Shown here: in pieces, positions 24,481 to 32,942 of the stretch
Layout: the number at the start of each line of letters is the position of its first letter
How positions within the stretch are numbered: position 1 is the stretch's first letter
Source: Hyphochytrium catenoides
Lineage: Eukaryota > Protista > Hyphochytriomycota
Length of the DNA: 64,000 nt
Assembly: GCA_900088475.1 (NCBI GenBank)
Contig: FLMG01002184.1
Coordinates: forward strand, 62,001 to 126,000
Reading direction: 5' to 3'
Program-made: the position numbers and the translations under genes
The notes under the pieces: generated by a model
Told to the model about the DNA's origin: nothing
The model's input: only the letters and a program-made list of their open reading frames with translations
Databases searched by the model: none

Positions 24481-24582
24481 TGCTTCTTTGATTAATCAAC
24501 TGTTAGGCATGGCGGTTATCAATGTTATTTGATGCTAATCCAGTTTGTTCACTGATCTCAACCAGTTGCTCCGGTTGCTTGC

Positions 24583-24691
24583 TGATTGATTGATTGATGT
24601 TTGATGATTGATGATTGACGTGTGAGCCCAGCCCACCGTCGTTGGCCATCTCTGGAAGAGCGGTCGACACTCACTCATCAATCAATCATCA
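24583..24691. repeat. (TGAT)n/(ATCA)n imperfect inverted microsatellite pair in divergent promoter
   Basis: TGATTGATTGATTGATG...TGATGATTGATGATTGA at 24583-24618 and TCATCAATCAATCATCA at 24675-24691. Confidence 0.7.
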
Positions 24692-24883
24692 GAATGCTCT
24701 TGTCTTCGGTGGGGCTCGCCTCACTTCTTCCGCCACAGCAATGATCCTCCCAACCATCTCTTATAGGTATTCCTTGTTATCCAGTTACCTGATGCTCTCC
24801 AACCCCGAGCAAAACTGATCAGACCAGCAATGAAAATGCTGCTTTCCTAGTCTCTAGGCAATCTGAGCTAAGGAGTTCCTTGG

Positions 24884-26725
24884 ATGTTAACTGCGGCTTC
24901 CACCACCAGAATAACTTTCCCCAACATCTCAAGAGGAGTTTCTCGACTTGGGCCACAGCACCTTCTGCATTCAGTCTCCATGGAAGAGGATCAGAAGGGA
25001 AGGCGCTGCATTCCTGCCTTTTGGCAGTCAAAAGGTGGTTCTGTGGCCAATGGGCAAAGGAAAACGGCCTTCCTTCATGCAGACGGGTCCATCAACCGTG
25101 CTGCGTTCGGAGTGAGGACAGATTTGGTAGCTTTGAGAGTTCCAACTCAAAAGCTTAATGTTGTGAGCAAGACGTTAAGGCCCTACCTACTTGATGTCCT
25201 GCGGACGAAGCGAGTGGTAGCAGACAGCAGTGCAAGGTAGATAAGTGCTTTCTAACCCCTTTGAGGCTTTGGCCTGATGTCGTCGTCCTCAGTCCTCCAA
25301 ACTCCTCGAAGTTAGTACTTTGCAATGAGCGCGTTAGGGATGGGACCCTGGCAGACATTCCTGCAGATGTCCTACAGCCGATCAAGGATGACGTAAGCTC
25401 AACCACCGACCTCATTTTCTTGCTTGTTCTAAGGCGGCCATGCTTAGATAAAGGGAATCGTTCGCCATGAACTCTCACTTGGCTATGAGAATCTCACAGC
25501 AGAAGATGTCTTTGCCATGGTTCTTCCAGAGGATGTTGACAACCCCTCCTCCTTTGAGACTGTTGGCCATGTTGCTCATCTCAATCTAAGGTGCTTCTAC
25601 CAATATAGCTGATGAGTCCCGAATAATAATGTGATGCGACATTGTAGAGAGGGACAGCTTCCCTATAAGAAGCTAATTGGTGAGGTGCTACTGGACAAAA
25701 ATCCTGCCATCAAGACCGTAGTGAACAAGACGTCAACCATAGAGACAGAATTCAGAACTTTTCCGATGGAACTCTTGGCTGGAGAAAGTAATACCTTAGT
25801 TGAGGTAAAGGAGTGCGGCGCGAAGTACAAATTTGATTTTGCAGAAGTGTACTGGAACTCAAGGCTCCAGTATGAGCATCAACGCCTCGTAGACGAGATA
25901 TCTCAGTCCAAGGGAACCGTTGTTTGTAAGTGGGGTTCTTTAGGTCTTGTATAGGATGTCTTGGGCGTTTCCCTGACAAGCTATCTAAATCAACCTTACC
26001 CGAAGGCGATATGATGTGCGGCATCGGGCCTTTCGCCATTCCGCTGGGACTAAGAGGCTGTATCGTACATGCCAATGACCTTAATCCTAAGAGCTACGAA
26101 TATTTGGTCCAGAATATCAAGCTTAACAAGGTAGGCAGCTCAGGTTCTTGTTACGTATTCGAATGGAGTTTGCAAACCTTCTCTTTGCAGGTGTCTAAGC
26201 AAGTGCAAGCATATAATATGGATGGGCGAGCCTTCGTTCATCACCTACTAGCGCAAGGCGTGAGGTTTAATCGCATCATCATGAATCTTCCAGCCACGGC
26301 TATAGAGTTTCTAGGTATGACGGTGTACGTCATTCATGCCAGAAGCCCGCTTCTAACCATCATTTGTAGATGTATTCAAGTCTCTCTTCGACGATAGCTG
26401 GACTGTCTTACCGACTGTACATTGCTATTGCTTCTCCAGGCACGAAAAGTTTCTAGATGTACTCCAGGTGAGCTTAGATTATGAGGACCTCAGCGTTGTT
26501 GTAGGCTAAGAGTCTAACTGTGTTTCTTTTTAGCGCATTGAGGAAATACTTGACTGTCAGCTGGGCCAAGGGGAATTCCATGTCCATGATGTTCGGGACG
26601 TGGCCCCAAACAAGAGGATGCTTTGTGTGTCGTTCAAGCTACCAGACACCTGTCGAGCGTCACGACACCACCTGGCTTCCCGCAGTCCCAAACGCCGCCG
26701 GAAGGATTCAGGCTCTACTTCATAA
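24884..26725 (+). CDS. TRM5: tRNA (guanine-37-N1)-methyltransferase Trm5; multi-exon
   Basis: [14 protein letters not shown]; [16 protein letters not shown]; [12 protein letters not shown]; [11 protein letters not shown]; [13 protein letters not shown]; ANDLNP; [13 protein letters not shown]; VHCYCF; [15 protein letters not shown]. Confidence 0.95.
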
Positions 26726-26785
26726 AAAGCGAACTTAGACTGTTCAAGCAAAACGGGTGAGGGTCATGTTCCTTTCGGGTGCGTC

Positions 26786-27806
26786 TTAAGCTTGTGTTTG
26801 GGTCGCTCGAAGCTCCCGTCGCCGAATTCTACGGGAACCACTTTAGTGCTTTGCTAGTGCAAGTCGTCACGATGAGCAATCCATTTACCTTTCTAGCTCA
26901 ACTTCTAGCTCCGTATCTGGGACAAGTGACTGTGCTGTCACTCTCTTAGAGCATCCTGCAAGCCCACACAGAGATGTTAATTAAGCAAATAAAATCTGAT
27001 CAAAGCTTCCGAATATCACCTGCGATGGGACAAGCTGTGGTTTTGTTTCTCTTCAATAAGGCCATGATTCCCTCCTTGGAATAGCTATGACCGCAAAGAG
27101 TACTAGAGAACGTGGTGTTTAGAAGTCGATGTAATGGAAAATTGAAGACACACGACAAACCATTTAAGCGGACTCCGCATATCTTGTCTGGTAACAGGGC
27201 ATTTTCTCTGGACTTGGCCGTCGTCCTCAAAGACTACATCCTCGTCCTGGTTTTCCTGTGTTGGAACAGATCGTGAGACGACGAAGGCTCATCACTGAAT
27301 TGACGCCAGACTCACACACCCTAAAAATGTCTTGGAAGGTCTTGTAGTGCTTGTGGCTCTTGTTATCCTGCGCCGCATGACTTTGCCTTAGACGCTCAAG
27401 CTCTTGCTTAATGACAGGGTAAAAGTCATAGTCGTCAGACTGGAGAGGAAATGTCAGCTTAAGTAAGGCAAATCCCCAATTCGACTTTCACCAACCGACC
27501 TCGTCCATGGGCATCTGGAGACCATCGATGACCTGTCCAAAGGCGGTAATGTTTCGCGAGAGATCTATCCAAGTATTCAAAGCTGCCTCCATCCTCTCAA
27601 CCTTACATGGGCGCCAGTTAATGTTAGGTGGGGTAACTTCGACAAACGGCACTCACCTCAGCTGGGTACTCTCCTTCTTCCTTCTTGATTGTCCTTGCCA
27701 GGCCATATAAGAGGCTGAGTCCAGTGGTCTCATCTCGCTGAAGCTGCTCCAATTTCCATTTGGCATCCTTGACCTCCCGTCGGAAGGACTGAGTAGCAGC
27801 GTCCAT
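26786..27806 (-). CDS. NSE2: SUMO E3 ligase NSE2/MMS21-like (SP-RING); multi-exon
   Basis: DEDVVFED...RKCPVTRQDMRSPL, TLCGHSYSKEGIMALL...TACPIAGCSK..LVPDTEL (SP-RING zinc finger) follows a helical N-terminus. Confidence 0.8.
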
Positions 27807-28060
27807 GCTCTGTACGCAGATTGTGAAGGGTTCCAAGAGTCTGTTCTGGTACGCTGGCTATGGTTCCTTCGAGCTCACAGAGCCCAACTTCCCGTCAAAA
27901 TAGCCAATGTCACTGCTTCTGAAGCGTTATGTAGAAAAGTAGAGCGGCTGCCCAGCACCAACTGCATTAAGAAGGTCTCAACTATGAGAGGCAACTACTT
28001 GTAGGAAGATGCAGCTGGGGCCTTTCTGACGATCTCTCGTTCGCGCGTTTTGTCTGCAAA

Positions 28061-28071
28061 CTCCCGCCAAA
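28061..28071 (-). promoter_or_regulatory. E2F-type site TTTGGCGGGAG upstream of NSE2
   Basis: Matches the E2F consensus WTTSSCSS. The same 11-mer occurs at 29888-29898. Confidence 0.4.
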
Positions 28072-28760
28072 TAAATATTCTTGCCTGAATCGCAAATTTT
28101 TGCGCCGAAAATTGAAGACCCTGTGAGGGGTGGTTCCGAATCTTACGAAGGGACTAAGTGTTATATTACCCTCACCATGTGCGCTTTACGAGGATAAGCA
28201 GAAAAAGGCAAGAGTATACCAAAAGTACCAAAATATACGTTACCTGTTCTAAAGACATACCAAAAATTAACACCCACCCTCTTCTGCTCATCCTCAAAAC
28301 TACGAAGGGGTTCAAAAATGGTGATCATGGTGAAGCCCATAAGAGAAACAGAAGTTTCTGCAGGGCGCCGGCATGAGAGCAGTCCTGTTCAATCATTGAG
28401 AACTGATGTGGAGCCTTGGGAAATGTTGTAGGGTATGATAGCGGATGTAAGGTGTCTCCACTTTCGACTCGACATCTCCTACTCTATTAGAACTCTAACC
28501 TTAGGCTATTGAACTTTACATTAGTATGCCTTCCTATCGTAGTCGTGCACTGCGTTTGAAAGTGCATGATAGTGAGCATAAGAACAACTAGTCGCGATCT
28601 CCTCCAAGATGCCTGAAGATTGTGGCGCAGGCATCTCTTGCAAGTGCCACAAATGTGGTCCCACAAAGAGATCATCCAGAAGATGGTGGTAGTCGTACTT
28701 AGGTCGTCAGTGCCCCTTGGTTTTGATAAAGTGGCGAAGTCAGCGTAGAGTGGAGAGACT

Positions 28761-29633
28761 TTAGTAGACTGCGGCAGCAATCTTCGCTAGTAAGCGGTCA
28801 TCCCAACTTCTACCTCTTGTTAATTTCCGCCTCTTTCTGCCATCTGTCCTATCTCTTTTGCCAGAAATAGCACCACCCTCTTCCTCCAGGTAGTGCCGAC
28901 TCCTGTCTCTGGCATGTGAAAGTGCAGCCTTTCTTGTTCTCTCTATTCTGCTTTGGTCGTTGATAACGTCCTGGGAGAAGCGAGAAACCTGCAGGAAGTC
29001 TCTCAAGCAGAAGATGGTGACAGTTTCACCAAGCTCTGTTGATGAGTTAGGTAGAGCCACGCGACAATGGTCAGGCCAAGACTAAGCAAGTGCTGCTCGT
29101 TTAGAGGTCCAGTACCTTCAAAAGCGTTTTCAGCAAACTGGTCTTTGGCAACCAACCGCTTGATCTCTTGAGGTCTTGATCTCGGTGCTAGTAAGTCTTG
29201 AAGCTCTGCATTTATGTCAAGTAGTGTTAGTGAGCGCCCACTGATACAGTTTCTGGTCAGCTTGCGCCACCTTGCTTTTTCTTAGCTTCAGCTTCATGAG
29301 ATGGACAGGTCTTGCCAGATGCTAAGCAGCACTTAGCACACATCGCGTAGCTACAATCTGTAATACCAGGCGAGAAGAACAGCGATTAAGCTTTGGCCAG
29401 CATGTGTCGTCTCTAATGTTCTACCTACTTTTCTTGCTTGGAAACCTATTACAGGTGGTGCACTTCGGCAGTTGGAGGAGGCTGTGTTTTGCTGTCTTGC
29501 TAGTAACCTTCGTCTCGGCCGCATCACTTCCATTTGCAGCAGGATGATTCATCCCTTTCGCCCTCCGAGTGGCGACTGTGGCTTTCTCGCCGGTCAATCT
29601 AGAGTCTGAAGTCCCCTTCTTTCCTCTAGGCAT
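28761..29633 (-). CDS. 218-aa basic protein with a C-x2-C-x8-C-x4-C-x2-CC-x6-C-x2-H zinc finger; 4 exons
   Basis: Exons 29633-29429, 29357-29271, 29205-29116 and 29035-28761 are joined by GT-AG introns into an uninterrupted 657-nt frame. It contains CTTCNRFPSKKNCSYAMCAKCCLASGKTCPSH and an NLS-like RKRRK. Confidence 0.8.
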
Positions 29634-31442
29634 CACTACTTTCCTTTTAAGGCAGATCTTACAGCTGTTGATACTGTCACCCTACCCAGCAATAACAGCA
29701 ACAACCAATGTTCAGCGAGAGAATTGATAGTCTCACAGCTTCATTATTACAATCGAAGACGAAGAGCGGATGTGCCATGGTGCCTCTCTTATAAAAGAGA
29801 AGTGGGAGGAGGGAGAAGGCGCTGATGGTGATGATGCCATGATGCCAGTCCTTACAGGGCTACAGGGGATTTTCAGAGCTAGTCCATTTTGGCGGGAGCA
29901 TGAGTTACTTTGTCTCAAGGATACTTTGAAACAGTGAAATATAAAACTCAACTGAAGGCTTTGTAATCAATGACAAATAGCAAGAGACGGAAACTCTCAG
30001 TATACAAGGATAGGGAGACTGAGGAAGAGTGAAATTTATCAATGTTTTGTGCAATTCTTAGTAAAAAATCCCCCCTCTTTTTTCTCAATTCTCACGAGAG
30101 CATTAGGATTATCAAAGATTCTCTGGGCTAGTTACTGTACCGACTAAACGCCAATGACCACCAAAGACTTTTGAGTTGTTGAGTTCTGGTCCTGAACTCG
30201 AGTCGTTTCACTCGGAGTCTCAAGGAGTCCATCATCCCAGCCTGTCTATTCTGATGATGAATCTATCAGAAACTCACCGGCAACTCTGACCTCTTCTGAT
30301 GTGATGCAGCAGCAATCCTTGCTGGCCATCAGGGCCCTATTTCAAAATCTCAACGTAATAAAGAAAGCTACAATGTGATTGCTCTTGTTGTGATCTTTGT
30401 AGGCACGAGCCTTCCTTTGTTCGATCCGTGTACCTATGGCTTTTTGCATTCACTTCCATAAGTCCTTGGCAATCCATTGTTGAAGAAATACTCATCATCT
30501 GAAGCGCGCTCTCTCCTCTGCGGTTGGATTTTTTTCTTCAAGAATAGCAGAAACTGTTCTTGTTCTTATTGCTTCTCCATTTCCCTCCTCAAAGTACATT
30601 CTTAGGAGAATAGCATGCTTCTTTTTTCCCTTCACTGATGATGGTGTCAGAAGCGGAGTCGAGCAGTCACATTTCTTAGCTCTTGTCTCTCCCTATTATT
30701 ATCCCTTTTGCCATATCACTCTTTCTTCCTCGCCATCCTTCCTAATATGAGTAGTAGCTGACATCCAGCCGCATATCACTACGTCAGGAACAGTTGATGG
30801 TAAGGCGGTTAGGCGCCCTCCCTCTTTCCTATACCCCAATTGTAGGTTTACTAGAGGATTATGATCAACCCGGTCAACGTGCACTGACGAGAGGTTTTGC
30901 TGAGGCACTGTAAGCCCCTTGTGATCCATCCGTGATTGCGGCATCCACAATAACCTAGAGCACATGGTGCTCTCCCAATAAGAGTGGATTTCATATTTTT
31001 ATAAAAATAATAGCTGCTTCTTCAGTACAGAATCAGGACTGTGTTAACTCCCTCAAAGATCTGGGGAGAGTAAGCTCCGGCTGCCTTCCATCAATATTCC
31101 AAAGCTCTTATCGACGTTTGGTCAACTTAGGATCATTGTTGTGCTATTGAAAAGCAGCGTGTAAAACTCCAGACGGCGAAAGTACCCCACCCTGAAGCCA
31201 TAGTAAGAGTGCGTAGGTGTGTGATGATATTCGTGCAGTAATGGAGAAAACGGTTCAATGATAGGCTCACAATAACTCCTCCCCGACAATGTTATGGGAT
31301 AGGTATCATGACAGGAAGCAGCCAACGAGGAAAGTCAGGGGCCCTAAGCAATACCATGATAACTGACAGTTGTCAAGTGGATAGCTGAGGCACCACATCC
31401 GATTGATGTGGAAGCTGGTCTAGCCCTCAGCCTACGCTTAGG

Positions 31443-32215
31443 CTAGTAGCTACGAATAATTATCGCCTCCACTATGACAAAGATCAGTCTGCGTAAATAG
31501 AAGCGTATCCGTGAGCAAGGCCGGCAAACTCAAAACGATCTAGTGAGTGGAGGGGGTACTCGCCTGAAAAGACTGAAACAGGAGATAAGTGCGTAGTAAA
31601 CAATTTTGCCAATAGTCTCCTTCTTGAGTCTCTTAAGCACTGGATTCTTAAGTATCTCGGTTGGGTCTACCATCTCGTCCTTCTGATGTATCCTGAAACG
31701 TGGGAGGATAAATTGTCGATATCATAGAGTAAGCGAGGCATGGTAGAGCAAGAGAAAGCGACAAAGACTTACTTTCGGAGATGCCACATGGCCAAGGGTA
31801 TATTAACGGCGAAGAAGGCTAACTGCCATGTTACCAGCAACAGTCCCACAAATACGAGATGGCCAACGATTTCTGGGTCTGGCCTCAGAAAGAGAAAGGG
31901 AAGACGGGAGGAAGAGTTAGGTGGGAGGATTATAGGGTGGTGCGTGCCATGCAACCCAGCAGGCGGAGTAAGAGCTCTTACACACTAGCCGGTTGAGCGA
32001 TTCTGCTACATCTGATGGATTGAGATAGTCCTCCTCAAGATCTTGGATCTTCGTGAGCTAAAGCATCATTAGGAAGTCAGTACAGATTCAACCGTAGAGA
32101 AGCACATTAGCCTTATGATAGCGATCCTCACCCAGAAAAGGGCCACCCCTACAAGAGAAATCCCAATCAAATATGCTATGAGCTCGAGAACGAAGAGCAC
32201 TGTTGCAAGCACCAT
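31443..32215 (-). CDS. Cornichon/ERV14 family ER cargo receptor, 146 aa; 5 exons, last intron GC-AG
   Basis: Exons 32215-32132, 32057-31982, 31878-31773, 31692-31564 and 31488-31443 encode DLEEDYLNPSDVAESLNRLVYPE, NIPLAMWH and VDPTEIL...KE..GKIVYY (cornichon motifs). Confidence 0.9.
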
Positions 32216-32495
32216 TTCTCGATAACTGTCAGCAGCAGGAAGAACCCAAGGCCTTACTAAGTAAGAGCAACCTCTTCGCTGTACGATCGACACGTTTGTA
32301 TGGAGCTGACAAACACAGCAGACTGACTCCTCAGCAAGCGGTATGAGAAGTTACAGATGTCCTCTGCCAGAACGAGGCATTCTGATTCTTGGCTTGTCAT
32401 GAGCTTGATTCTTTGGATCCATGGGCATCTCACTGCTGCCAGCTCCAGTTTTTCTGCCTTGCTTGGAAAAAAAATGTTCAAGAATGCGGAGGACC

Positions 32496-32785
32496 TGTAC
32501 ATGTATGTACTGTAGAACTACATGCATGTACAGTAGAATACATTTAGAATGCAAAGGAGCGCTGCTAAACAGATTTAGAATGGAACCACCCGCTCCAATA
32601 CAGTACAGTACTGTATACAGTACTGTGTTCAGTACATCAACTTGCAAGGAGCTTATTATGAATCCACATATGTAAAACGGTACAGTAGTGTTTTGTACAA
32701 TGTAGAAGTACAGTACCGTAGGAGTCAAATAGGAACGTTGGTCGCACTTGTAGTGGTAGTACAAATAGTAGAACTGTGCTGTGTA
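32496..32785. promoter_or_regulatory. Cluster of TACAGTA/TACTGTA/TACATGTA palindromic motifs in the cornichon-dynein divergent promoter
   Basis: Many GTAC/TACAG copies, including a perfect 22-bp palindrome ACAGTACTGTATACAGTACTGT at 32605-32626. Similar clusters occur at 8061-8097 and 49317-49362. Confidence 0.5.
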
Positions 32786-32942
32786 ACCGCGCCAGCCCTC
32801 CCCAAGCGTCAAGCGTCGCTTCGTCGGCAATGAGCTGCAGATTCTCTCGGCAGCAGTGCTCATTTTAATTCTCGATTCGAGGTACGAGGAAGCTGGCCGA
32901 TGTAACAGCCTCAGAAGCTACGGTGCTCCGAAGGGGTGAACC

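Noticed and set aside
25609-25660. CTGATGAGTCCC...GGGAC resembling a hammerhead ribozyme core
   Set aside because: The required GAAA after stem II is absent (GGGACAGC). CTGAT lies in a normal TRM5 intron and the second arm is coding sequence.
32351-32863. 170-aa Tyr/Val-rich ORF on the - strand
   Set aside because: It is a translation of the GTAC-motif promoter array, not a credible protein.
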